Assembly: GCA_963761425.1 (NCBI GenBank)
Contig: CAVXGQ010000002.1
Coordinates: forward strand, 714 to 64,713
Reading direction: 5' to 3'
Origin: an uncultured Acidimicrobiaceae bacterium
GTDB taxonomy: Bacteria; Actinomycetota; Acidimicrobiia; Acidimicrobiales; Bog-793
DNA: 64,000 nt
Positions 1 through 9,301 of this stretch are shown piece after piece. Each line of letters begins with the position of its first letter. Position 1 is the stretch's first letter. The notes under the pieces are model-generated. The model worked only from the letters and a program-made list of their open reading frames with translations. It did not search any database and was not told where the DNA came from. Made by a program: the position numbers and the translations under genes.

Positions 1-890
1 AGCCAGGTGGAGGTGACCCAAGAACCGAACACGGTCTTCTGGTCGTGGATCAGATCGGGCGACGGGTTGAATTGCAACCCACCGCCCTCGCCGAGCAGCA
101 CCACGCGGCCCCACTTGCCCGTCGCCCGCACCGCAGTGGAGCGAGCCGCGTCGTTGCCTGAGCAGTCCACGGCGCGCTCGACGCCCGCCCCACCGGTCAG
201 CTTGCGGACCTCGGCTACGTTGTCCGGCCCAGCTGCGAGTACCTCATTGCAAATCCCCAACTCCAGGGCCAGTTCCAGCCTCTCGGGCACGATGTCGATG
301 CCGATAATGGCCCGGGCGCCGAGCTTGCGACACAGCGCCCCTGCGGCCAGGCCGACCGGGCCGAGACCGGTGATGAGCACGGCATCGTCCCCACTGATGC
401 CTATCTTGCGCAATCCTTCGTAGGCCGTGCCGAAACCGCACGCCACCTGTGCACCGTCAGCGAAACTGAGTTTCGACGGTAAGGCTACGAGGTCCTTTTC
501 CTCCACCAGCAGGTACTCGGCCATGCCCCCGTCGCGCTGCCAGCCGTAGGCCTGGCGGTACTCGCTGGTGCATGAGATCATGTAGCCCCGCCGGCAATCG
601 TTGCAGACCCCGCACCCAGAGATGTGGTAGACGATCACCCGGTCACCCACCCCGAAGCGGCGGCATCCCGGCCCTGCCTCGACGATCTGCCCGCTTGGCT
701 CGTGGCCCGCCACGACTCCCTGGTAACCCTCAGGGCCCTTGCCCAGGTGCTCGTGGTAGATGGCGCGAATATCCGATCCACATATCGTGCATGCTTTCAT
801 TCGCAAGAGTGCCTCGCCGTGGGCGGGCACCGGAACGGGGACCTCTCTGAGTTCGGTGGTGCTGTTGCCCGGTAGAAAGGCACCCTTCAT
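1..890 (-). CDS. Zn-dependent alcohol/polyol dehydrogenase (MDR superfamily); C-terminus lies beyond the window edge
   Basis: Hand translation of the minus strand from ATG 890-888 gives MKGAFLPGNSTTELREVPVPVPAHGEALLRMKACTICGSDIRAIYHEHLG..GHEPSGQIVEAG..CNDCRRG..ITGLGPVGLAAG. These are the Zn-ligand Cys/His motifs and the GxGxxG NAD fold. It is absent from the ORF track because no stop lies inside the window. It starts 8 nt after the stop of the upstream AKR. Confidence 0.85.
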   Translation of the reverse strand, partial: MKGAFLPGNSTTELREVPVPVPAHGEALLRMKACTICGSDIRAIYHEHLGKGPEGYQGVVAGHEPSGQIVEAGPGCRRFGVGDRVIVYHISGCGVCNDCRRGYMISCTSEYRQAYGWQRDGGMAEYLLVEEKDLVALPSKLSFADGAQVACGFGTAYEGLRKIGISGDDAVLITGLGPVGLAAGALCRKLGARAIIGIDIVPERLELALELGICNEVLAAGPDNVAEVRKLTGGAGVERAVDCSGNDAARSTAVRATGKWGRVVLLGEGGGLQFNPSPDLIHDQKTVFGSWVTSTW

Positions 891-1576
891 GGTCTTGGTC
901 ATGATTTGATGCTCCCATCGATATCCCAGAGGTCTTCCCAGGGCTGGTCGTCCTTCCAAAGAAAAACGTAGCCTTTGATCAAGCGGTTGTTCTTGTCAAT
1001 CCCTGCGATGACGGCCATCTCGGCCGACGTGAGTGGGTCGTTGACGACGGCCTCAATGTTTGACTCGTACTCGTTGCGCTTGACCGACATCGGTATGGGA
1101 GTCTGACCTCGTTGCACCGCCCATTTCACACAGACGACGGCCGGGTGCACGCCGTGGTTGGCGGCGATGACGACGATCACGGGGTCTTCTATGTCAACGG
1201 TATCGTCGGGTGACCGGTCGCGGTCGGGGCGGGTGGGCGACCCGATCGGGCAGAAGGCGATCGGCTGGATATCCCGGGAGCGTACGTAGTCGAAGAGCTC
1301 GGGCTGCTGGAAGTGCGGGTGCAGTTCCATTTCGTTGACCGAAGGAGCGATGCAGGCGTCGCGCAGGAGGAGCTTGAGCTTGGCGATCGTCATGTTCGAA
1401 GTCCCGATGTGGCGGACGAGGCCCAGGTCGACGAGCCTCTCCATTTCGCGCCAGGTCGCCATGAACTCCTCGTGGATGTATGGCCGGGCGTTGGGGCTGC
1501 GGGAGGTGACATCGCAACCCGGCGGGTGGAAGTTCGGGTACGGCCAGTGCACCAGGTACGCGTCCAGGTAGCTCTC

Positions 1577-2884
1577 TCTATGAAGAGGGGCCGGTTGTCA
1601 ATGATCGTTCTGTTCTCGCTGATGCCTCCTTGGCGAACGTGACGGGTTGACCTGCACCCGGGGGTGGTGGGGGTGAGTTCTCATCTCTCTATCGCCTCCT
1701 CGAGGGAGGATCGGGTCTGGTGGGAGAACTCCGGCTGGTCCATCTCAGGTGAGGGTCCTCAGGGGACCAGAGCTGCAACGCGGGACCTTGCCGGAGCGAA
1801 GTACGAGCCCGTCTGGAGCATGTACCAAATAGCCTCGGCGAGCTTGCGGGCCACCTCGACGCGCGCGACCTTCGCACCGCGCTGGTGGCCGAAGCGGGCT
1901 TTGGTCTTGTCGTAGTGGTCCTTGTAGACCGCATGGCGTGAGGCGTGGGTCGCGGCCTCGATGAGCGCCCAACGCAGGTATTTTGGACCGTTCTTCGCGA
2001 GCGAGCCGCGGAAGTCCTTGCCCCCGGACTGGTAGACGCGTGGGCACAGTCCGGTGTAGCCGACAAGCTTCTTCGCCGAGGTGAAGCGCGAGATGTCGCC
2101 GATCTCTGAGGCGATCGTGAAGCCGAGCACCCAGGCGATGCCCGGAGCACTCTGGAGCAGGGACACGTAGGGGTGGTCGGCCCCGAGGGCGCGGAGCTCG
2201 CGCTCGCAGAGGTCGATCTCGGCATCGAGGTCGTCGATCATCTCCAGGGCCGTCGCGATGTTCCGCGTCCACGGATCGGGGAGCTCGAGGCGTGCGAGCA
2301 GCTCCCGGCCGCTCGTTCCGAAGAGGTCCGACACCGGGCAGGGCTTGCCGAAGGCGAGCAGGCTCGCGTGGATGCGGTTCTTCAGCATCACCCGGTGGCG
2401 CACGAGATGCAGGCGGAAGCGTGCCCGCTCCCGCTCGGCGCGCACCGACGGGTCGGGCAGCCAGATCGCCGGCACGAGGTCGCGTCGGGAGAGCTCCGCG
2501 AGGACCCACGCGTCGATCTTGTCGGTCTTGCAGGCGAGCGGCGCGAGACCCTTCACCTTCTGTGCGTCGGCGATCTCCACCTCCCAGCCCAGCAACTCGA
2601 GGCTGTCGTGGACGAAGCGAGCGCCGTTCATCGACTCGATCGCCGCGTGCACCGGTCCTCCGAGCGGCGCGATCTCGCGCGCCAGGTGGCGGAGCCCGTC
2701 GAGGTCAGGGGGTGCCTGGGTGACCGCGAGCCTCCCGCCGCTCTCGTCGAGCACGCAGACGTCGAGTCGTTTCCTGCTGAGGTCGAGTCCAAGATGCAAC
2801 ATGATGCGCGGGGGCCTCCTTGGTGATTGGTTCCGGAGAGAACCCAAGTCTGTTCTCACCGGGGAGGCCCCTCTTCATGGCATT
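1577..2884 (-). mobile_element. IS110-family insertion sequence (~1.3 kb)
   Basis: It fills exactly the gap between the two AKR halves and carries a single transposase ORF. A perfect 13-bp inverted repeat, ATGAAGAGGGGCC (1580-1592) / GGCCCCTCTTCAT (2866-2878), lies a few nt inside each junction. Confidence 0.8.
1759..2802 (-). CDS. IS110-family (DEDD) transposase
   Basis: ORF 1759..2859. The likely start is MLHLGLDLSRKRLDVCVLDESG at 2802. The C-terminal region GYTGLCPRVYQSGGKDFRGSLAKNGPKYLRWALIEAA is typical of IS110/IS116/IS902 transposases. Confidence 0.9.
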   Translation of the reverse strand: MLHLGLDLSRKRLDVCVLDESGGRLAVTQAPPDLDGLRHLAREIAPLGGPVHAAIESMNGARFVHDSLELLGWEVEIADAQKVKGLAPLACKTDKIDAWVLAELSRRDLVPAIWLPDPSVRAERERARFRLHLVRHRVMLKNRIHASLLAFGKPCPVSDLFGTSGRELLARLELPDPWTRNIATALEMIDDLDAEIDLCERELRALGADHPYVSLLQSAPGIAWVLGFTIASEIGDISRFTSAKKLVGYTGLCPRVYQSGGKDFRGSLAKNGPKYLRWALIEAATHASRHAVYKDHYDKTKARFGHQRGAKVARVEVARKLAEAIWYMLQTGSYFAPARSRVAALVP

Positions 2885-3268
2885 CAGGTGAAGGTCGGCG
2901 AGGGACTGCCGGCAGGCGGGGACGACGTCGCCGGGAGAATGCTTGTTGTTCCAGAGCTTGGAGGTGACCCAGAGCTGTTCCTGGGGGAGTCCCTTCAGCA
3001 CCTCGCCGATCTGCGCCTCGTTTTCGTATGCGGATGCGCAGTCGAAATGGCGGTAACCCACCTCGAATGCGTCGGCGACGGCCTGCGCGATTTCGTCAGC
3101 CCCGAATCGGTCTGAGCCGAAAGTTCCGAGCCCGATGGCGGGCATCAGAGCTCCGCTGCTCAGCCTGCGCTGAGGGACGAGAGCGGAGTCGACGCTCACG
3201 GGCTCACACACCTTGCTGTCAGGGCGGTTTTCCCGGTTACAGGTTTCATGTGTCCTCTCATTGGCTGA

Positions 3269-4414
3269 CTACCAACGTTGACAAATCAGATGAAGGTGGT
3301 GCAGGAGGTGCCCGGGTTCGCTGGCGCCAAGCCGGAAGACCCGGGCCCGGGCTTCACAGTGGCTCTTCGGGACGTGTTCCCAGATGTACTGGCGCGCCTT
3401 GGGATCTGCCTGGTCGCAGAACGACGTGCCGATCCGAGAGCTCATTCCCCGCTCCGGCCTGGTGGTGTGGAAGTTGGGGCTCGGTGAGCTCGATACGAGC
3501 GCGCCGCGCTCAGATATCGGCTCGTAGCTTGCCGAGAGAGGGTTCAGGCATGGCCACACCGAGACCATAAGCCTGGTCCCCATGGACTCGAGCTCGCTTA
3601 CCATGACCGCGTGATTCGGCCACTCGCCGGTTTGAATGCTCCGATCCCCAAGTACCCCAGTGGGACGACTCGCGCACGATCACGGAGAGGGGTACCCCTC
3701 AGAGGTGGTGCTCCCGGGCTGCGGCCAGCAGTTCCTCCGGGGTCCGACGGCGGAGTCTGCTGTGCCAAAAGCCGCTGGCCTATGACGAAAGCTTCGGAGC
3801 GTGCCCGGCCGCGCTCCTCCGGACAGGACCACCGCGCAACTGCGGGCCGCATCGCAGGAATCAAACCCTTCCACTGCCGCGATCGGCCAGTGACGCCCGG
3901 CTGACTTGTCGCTCAACGCCTGGACCTGCCTCTGTACCTCCGGAGGCCCGTCGGCCGCAGCGTCGCAGTCGCCCGCCGCCGGCGGCACTTGCCGCTGTTC
4001 GAGCGTCAATAACGGGGTGGATGCCCTTCGGCACTCATAGCTCCTTTCTCGGTCCTGTTGGGGACCTTTTACGTCCGCCGCCCGGACGGGCCCCCGTATG
4101 CTTCGGTGCGCCAAGGGCTCGCCGTCGTTTGGCCGCGGGCCCCTTGGGTACGGGACTCCCCTTTGTCACGAGCGTGGGCGAGAGGGTTACCATCCTGGCC
4201 CGGCCCAAGTGCCCTCGAGCCGGGAGAGCAGCCGAGCGCTCTCCACCCGAGGTCACAGGCCGGTTGAGCCACCGCCGTAGGGGGGCCGCAACAGCGACGA
4301 CGAGATCATGTCGTCAGAATTGACGTTGGCGATATCGGTGGGGATGGCGAGGTTCGCGTCCGCGATCGCGTGCAGGACCTCCACGGTCATGAGTGGGAAT
4401 CCGTTCGACGTCAT
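3269..4414 (-). pseudogene. degraded GH31 glycosidase paralogue (N-terminal ~55 percent only; stops and frameshifts)
   Basis: The minus strand aligns with the intact GH31 at 9849..11867. AYGG lies near 4080. GHAPKLSS*ASGFW matches GHSPELPSWASGFW, with TAG at 3780-3782. RTPEELLAAAREHHL*GVPL matches RTQEELLAVAREYHRRGVPL, with TGA at 3700-3702. VIVRESSHW matches VIVSDFFHW. There is a frameshift near 3600. MVSELESMGTRLMVSVWP..ARVFRLGASEP matches ..VRVFWLDACEPE. Similarity ends at about 3290. The part upstream of about 4270 is uncertain. Confidence 0.7.
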
Positions 4415-6870
4415 CCGTCAGCCACAGCGGTTACGGCCACAATGGAACGTTGCAAATAAGAAGCCACCGGTCCCGTTATGTCAATGACGGCCCGCTGGCG
4501 AATGTCAGTCGATGAAGCGCCAACGGCGAAGCGGAACGAGCCGGGCTCTACAACGAACCGCATGGACTCGTCATAAAAGGCTAGGCGGCTCGGGTGGACA
4601 TCGAAGGTAACCCTGGCAGATTCGCCAGGGGATAACTTCAGCCGGGTGAAGCCAATGAGGGAGGCCGCCGGTCGCGCAACCGACGCCACCAAGTCTGAGA
4701 CGTAAAGCTGGACGACCTCCTCGCCCTCCCGCGATCCGGTGTTAGTCACCGTTACTCCCACGGTGACACGGGAAAAGGTGTCAGCGCCCTCGACAGCAAT
4801 GTCCGAGTAACCGAAGGTGGTGTATCCGAGGCCGTGGCCAAAACTGAACAATGGCGTGTGGGGACAGTCCGTGTAATCGCCGTAGAACACCGAGCTGTCA
4901 CCTCCGGAGCGATGGCTGCTGTGAAGCGGGACCTGGCCGGTAGCCCGAGGAAGGGTAACGGCCAGCCTGCCGGTGGGCTCCGCCCGGCCCAACAGGACAT
5001 CTGCCAAAGCATTGCCCCCCTGTTCTCCTAGGGGCCAGGCGACCAACAGGGCTTGCACGCGGTTTGCTACCTCGGTCAACACATGCGCCCGCCCGCTCAT
5101 CACCACGAGCACAGTGGGAGTACCTGTCGCGGCCACGGCGCTCACCAGCTCTTCCTGAACGCCCGTCAGCCTGAGGTCCGTAGCGTCGCGCGCTTCGCCT
5201 ACCGTTGAGTTAAGGTCCAACCCCGAGCGGCCTCCGAGCACGACAACGGCGACGTCGGCTTGCGCGGCTGCCGCAACCGCGGTCGGGAAGCCTGCGCGGT
5301 CGTACCCCGTCAACTCGCAGCCCTTTTCGTACGCCACTTCAACCTCGGTGCCCAATGCGGCCCTGAGCCCCGCCAGTGGGGTGACATGTTCAGTGAAGTA
5401 CTCACCGGGCTTGAGCGCCCCTTTGCCGCTCGGCAAGTAAACAAGGTCGGAGATCTGGTCGTCGGAGTTGCCGTCAGCCGACCTGCTGAGAGCAGGTTCC
5501 ACGGTGGTGCCTGCCTCCCAATGGGCGTCGGCGAAGGAAGGCTCCTCAAGAGCGGCGGCCCTACTCGGGTCCAGGAATTGTTCTTGGTGCGCCGGGTAGT
5601 GGTAGTCGCCTTGCAGCAAGCGCCGGTCATCAGCCGCCGGGCCTATGACCGCTACTTTCGATACTTGCCCTGCCAACGGCAGCACGCCGTCGTTGGTCAA
5701 GAGCACAATTCCTCGGGTGGCGGCCCGCCTGGCAAGTTTGGCGTTCGCCGCGTCGGTGAAGACGAGCTCGGCTCGGCCGGCATCCACGTAGGGGGACTCG
5801 AATAAGCCTAGGCGCAGCTTGGAAGTGAGAACCCGGCGGACGGCGGTGTCGACCGTAGCCATAGCGACCTGCCCCTTCTTGATCGCAGTCTTGAGGGGCG
5901 CGCCAAAACAGTCCAAGGCGGGAAGTTCGAGGTCCAAGCCAGCCGTGAGAGCCTTGATGGCGGCCCCGGAGCGGTCGGCGGCCACCCGGTGGTAGCGCAT
6001 CAGCAGGATAACCGCGTAATAGTCGGCCACGACCATGCCGTCGAATCCGAGCTCGTCACGGAGCAGATGTGTCAAGATCTCCGCCGAGCCGCTGCCAGGA
6101 AGCCCGTCGATGCAACTGTAGGAGCTCATGACCGAGCTCAAGCCTGCCTCGCGGATCGCGGCGGCGAAAGGCTCTGCGAAGACTTCGCGCAGCTCCCTCG
6201 GCCCGATTTGTACGGGCGCGTGGTTGCGGCCACCCTCGGACAGTCCGTGAGCCAGGAAATGTTTCCCGGTGGCTAGGACACCCTGCGACAAGTCGTCGGT
6301 CTGGAGGCCGCGCACGTACGCAACCCCCAGCGTCCCGGCCAGCACCGGGTCCTCACCATACGTCTCCTCCAGGCGCCCCCACCGGGGGTCCCGGGCCACG
6401 TCGAGCACTGGCGCCAAGCTGTGCCGCGCGCCCACGGCGAGCAGTTGCCGCCGGATCTTGTCTGCTATTTCACGGACAAGCACCGGGTCCCAGGAGCAGG
6501 CGAGAGCGAGCGCTTGCGGGAAGACGGTAGCGCCCCGCGCGCAGTAGCCGCCAAGTGACTCTTCGTGCACCATTACCGGGATCCCGAGCCGGGTGCGTTC
6601 CACCATGAGCCGTTGGATCTGGTTGAACAGCTGGGCACTTTGTGCCGGCAAAAGGCCTGTCGTCGCACCTATGCGCGTGACCTCGCCGATGCCGTGGGGG
6701 ACGACGGTTAAAGCTGCTTCCTCATCAAAGTGGTCACCGTTCAGCAAGTGCGGGAACTCGACTGCACCCAGTTGCGCCAATTTTTCATCGACGTCCATGC
6801 GGTCGACGAGGTCGTTCACGCGGTCTTCGATCGCCAAGGCAGAATTCGTATAGGCGGCGGCCATTATCAA
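4411..6870 (-). CDS. glycoside hydrolase family 3 beta-glucosidase/beta-xylosidase-like
   Basis: 819-aa ORF with typical GH3 blocks (ARDPRWGRLEETYGEDP, TGKHFLAHG, MSSYSCIDGLP, the GLDLELP region). It has the two-domain GH3 architecture plus a C-terminal Fn3-like domain. Confidence 0.9.
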   Translation of the reverse strand: MIMAAAYTNSALAIEDRVNDLVDRMDVDEKLAQLGAVEFPHLLNGDHFDEEAALTVVPHGIGEVTRIGATTGLLPAQSAQLFNQIQRLMVERTRLGIPVMVHEESLGGYCARGATVFPQALALACSWDPVLVREIADKIRRQLLAVGARHSLAPVLDVARDPRWGRLEETYGEDPVLAGTLGVAYVRGLQTDDLSQGVLATGKHFLAHGLSEGGRNHAPVQIGPRELREVFAEPFAAAIREAGLSSVMSSYSCIDGLPGSGSAEILTHLLRDELGFDGMVVADYYAVILLMRYHRVAADRSGAAIKALTAGLDLELPALDCFGAPLKTAIKKGQVAMATVDTAVRRVLTSKLRLGLFESPYVDAGRAELVFTDAANAKLARRAATRGIVLLTNDGVLPLAGQVSKVAVIGPAADDRRLLQGDYHYPAHQEQFLDPSRAAALEEPSFADAHWEAGTTVEPALSRSADGNSDDQISDLVYLPSGKGALKPGEYFTEHVTPLAGLRAALGTEVEVAYEKGCELTGYDRAGFPTAVAAAAQADVAVVVLGGRSGLDLNSTVGEARDATDLRLTGVQEELVSAVAATGTPTVLVVMSGRAHVLTEVANRVQALLVAWPLGEQGGNALADVLLGRAEPTGRLAVTLPRATGQVPLHSSHRSGGDSSVFYGDYTDCPHTPLFSFGHGLGYTTFGYSDIAVEGADTFSRVTVGVTVTNTGSREGEEVVQLYVSDLVASVARPAASLIGFTRLKLSPGESARVTFDVHPSRLAFYDESMRFVVEPGSFRFAVGASSTDIRQRAVIDITGPVASYLQRSIVAVTAVADG

Positions 6871-6943
6871 TTCACCTCGTCACTTTCTATAGGAAGATGG
6901 ATGCTGATACCAAGGGTTCCGACCCGCCGCGGGCTGCACATAT

Positions 6944-7085
6944 TCATCGAAGGGCAAACCCGCCGATGCCTTTTACGAACTGACGGCGTAGAATTATGTA
7001 CAAGATCAATATCGGTACCATAGTGACAAAGATGAACGCCATCACCACCGGCACGTTGATGCCGTACTCTGAATTGGTGGCAAAG
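6944..7085 (-). pseudogene. C-terminal stump of a carbohydrate ABC-transporter permease
   Basis: The tail of ORF 6944..7165 (YGINVPVVMAFIFVTMVPILILYIILRRQFVKGIGG) matches the last TM helix and tail of MalF/MalG-type permeases. No upstream permease sequence is present. It sits directly upstream of the GH3 gene. Confidence 0.55.
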
Positions 7086-7379
7086 CGATACATTCCTGGG
7101 CCGGGGAGGGCGACGAACCTTGAGAGGTGGTCGCGGTGGCGCACAGAGCGGCGCGTCAGCGGCATCCTCCCTTCGCCGCTTAATTGGCGCCACGCCTTCC
7201 CACGGTACGCATCTCATTCGCGGAGACTGGCGTCCGGGCGGTGGAGGTGCTTGTCAGGCGGATCGCCGGGGAAGAGACGGCCGCGGCTCTGTTGCTGCCG
7301 TTCGAGCTTGTCGTCGGGGCTTCGATCGGGAGAGTCCGGCATGCTCCCTGACTGTCGTGCCAGCCCGATGGCTCAGGAC

Positions 7380-8522
7380 CTACCATTCCCCGGGTGGTGC
7401 CGTGCTCTCGCGTACGACCAAGTCGGTGGCGAGCTCCACCCGATGCCTGAGCATTCCGCCGCTGTTGGTGCTCTCGAGCAGCGTGCGCACGGCCACCGCG
7501 GCCATCTCCGTCAGCGGCTGGTGCACTGTCGTCAGCGGGGGGGTACTCCACGCGCTGAGTGGGATATCGTCGAAACCGACGACGCTCAGGTCCTCGGGGA
7601 CACGGAGGCCGGCTTCGCGCGCCGCACGCAGGACGCCAAGCGCCGACAGGTCATTTCCCGCGAAGATCGCCGTCGGGCGCGCGTCCAGGTTGAACAGCGC
7701 CTTCGCCTGCTCGTATCCACCTCTGGCGCGGAAGTCGCCCGACCTTACGATCTCGTCGTCAACGGAGAGGCCGGCTCTTTCCAGGGCGGCGCGATAACCG
7801 TCGAGGCGCGCTCGGCTGCACAGGAGTTCCGGAGGGCCGGTGATGATCCCGATCCGCCGGTGTCCCAAGTCGATCAGGTGTTTGGTTGCCGCCAGCCCGC
7901 CCGACCAGTTTGTGGCGCCGACCGAGCTCACCTCCGGACCGGGCTCTGCCGTCGGGTCGATCACGACGAACGGCAGACCGCGGGCCACGAGCACTGCCTT
8001 CTGGCGCTCCGTGAGCTGAGAGAGCAAGAGGATGATTCCCCGGGTGCCGCGAGATGTGATGTGGTCAAACCAGACCCGGCGCTCGTCTCCCTCCGACAGC
8101 GCTGTGAACGCGACCGTGAACCCCTCCGCTTGCGCGGCGGCGGCGGCACCCCGGACGATCTCAGTCGCCCACGGGCTGTCGAAGTCGTTGAACACGACGT
8201 CGATGAGCGGCGGCGCGTTATCGTTCGCACGCTTGCGGTAGCCGGCAGTCAAGAGCGCTTGTCGGACGAGGGTGCGGGTCCGGGCAGAAACGTCGGGTTT
8301 GCCGTTGAGGACCTTGGACACCGTTGCCGTGGATAAGCCGGTCTCTTGGGCGATCTGAGCAAGGGTGACCCGCTGACGGGCGTAGGTCCGAATTTGCCGC
8401 GCCGGTCGTCGGGTCCACGTAGCCTCCGACGCGGCTAGGGCCCTCTCGATCGGGGTCTGCGCGAGTATATGGCTTCCGCTCATGTTGCTGCAGATGATAG
8501 TGCTAACTTGCGAGCCTTTCAC
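7380..8522 (-). CDS. LacI-family transcriptional regulator
   Basis: It has the HTH VTLAQIAQETGLSTATVSKVLNG and a periplasmic-binding-fold core (..NDLSALGVLRAAREAGLRVPEDLSVVGFDDIPLSAWSTPPLTTVHQP). The true start may be the internal Met at 8483. Confidence 0.9.
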   Translation of the reverse strand: MKGSQVSTIICSNMSGSHILAQTPIERALAASEATWTRRPARQIRTYARQRVTLAQIAQETGLSTATVSKVLNGKPDVSARTRTLVRQALLTAGYRKRANDNAPPLIDVVFNDFDSPWATEIVRGAAAAAQAEGFTVAFTALSEGDERRVWFDHITSRGTRGIILLLSQLTERQKAVLVARGLPFVVIDPTAEPGPEVSSVGATNWSGGLAATKHLIDLGHRRIGIITGPPELLCSRARLDGYRAALERAGLSVDDEIVRSGDFRARGGYEQAKALFNLDARPTAIFAGNDLSALGVLRAAREAGLRVPEDLSVVGFDDIPLSAWSTPPLTTVHQPLTEMAAVAVRTLLESTNSGGMLRHRVELATDLVVRESTAPPGEW

Positions 8523-8600
8523 GTGAATCTTCGGAATTAGGACTTAAACTTGAACTGACGATTCCCAACTGGACCCATGGGCTGCTTGTGTATTCTCATA

Positions 8601-8630
8601 GAGGGGACCTGCACTGAGGGGACCTGCACT
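8601..8630. repeat. perfect 15-bp tandem duplication GAGGGGACCTGCACT x2
   Basis: Read directly from the sequence at 8601-8615 and 8616-8630. It lies in the AT-richer spacer between the LacI gene and the IS630 stump. A nearby 12-bp direct repeat GTTTCATTCGTA occurs at 8723-8734 and 8745-8756. Confidence 0.9.
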
Positions 8631-8830
8631 GAACGTGTCGTCATCAACACCTTTGGCGACACCGGCCACAACTGGGGGCATAGGCCATCGCAAGGTTAAC
8701 TTCCGCTACCCTGAGATGCGATGTTTCATTCGTAGAGATGTGACGTTTCATTCGTAACATTTAGCCCGAGTACCTCACGAGACTCGCGTAATAGGGTGAC
8801 ATTCTGACCCGATGATGGGATACTGATGTC

Positions 8831-9300
8831 ATGGCATCAGCGCGGCGGCGTCGGGACTTCGAGGCGATGGAGGAGCGGCGAAAACGGGCGGCGAAGCTGT
8901 TCACGCGTGGTGTCTCGCAGGCCGAAGTTGCTCGCGAGCTCGACGTCTCGCGCCAGAGCGTCAGCCGCTGGTATGCGAGTTTTCGAGAAGGTGGCGCGGC
9001 GGCGCTGCGCGGATCCGGTCGGGCCGGGCGCAGGCCGAGGCTCACGGCTTCCGACCTGCAGCGACTCGAGCGGGTGCTACGGCTCGGCGCGCGGGCGAAC
9101 GGCTATCCGACCGAGTTGTGGACGCTTCCCTGCATCACCGAGGTGATCGAGACCCTGCTCGGGGTCACGTATCACCCCGGTCACGTCTGGCGCCTCATGG
9201 GGCAGCTCGGCTGGAGTCCCAACGCCCGACACGCCGGGCGGCGGAGCGCGATGACGCCGCCGTCGCCACCTGGGTCGCCGAACGCTGGCCCCGGTTAAGA
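8831..9300 (+). pseudogene. IS630-family transposase, N-terminal (HTH) fragment with frameshift; DDE domain missing
   Basis: ORF 8831..9298 reads RRKRAAKLFTRGVSQAEVARELDVSRQSVSRWY..GRRPRLTASDLQRLE..GYPTELWTLPCI..LGWSP. The expected continuation QRPTRRAAERDDAAVATWVAERWPRL is in another frame (ORF 9118..). Similarity stops at about 9297, where permease sequence begins. Confidence 0.75.
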
Positions 9301-9301
9301 A

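Larger units (their letters stand above)
899..3211 (-). pseudogene. aldo/keto reductase split by an IS110-family insertion (N-terminal part 2885-3211, C-terminal part 899-1576)
   Basis: ORF 2705..3211 reads AIGLGTFG..VGYRHFDCASAYENE..LWVTSKLWN..SLADLHL and then loses AKR similarity. The minus-strand reading resumes at 1576 with ESYLDAYLVHWPYPNF..IGTSNM..MELHP.. and runs to the stop at 899. The two halves add up to one normal-length AKR. Confidence 0.85.

Noticed and set aside
4253-4414. 53-codon ORF as a LacI-family C-terminal fragment (..LAIPTDIANVNSDDM.. versus ..GLRVPEDLSVVGFDD..)
   Set aside because: The similarity is too short and weak. Its position and ATGA coupling to GH3 fit better with the N-terminus of the decayed GH31 gene. 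It is left unresolved inside that pseudogene call.
8601-8630. CRISPR-like repeat
   Set aside because: There are only two directly abutting 15-bp units with no spacers, and no cas genes are present.
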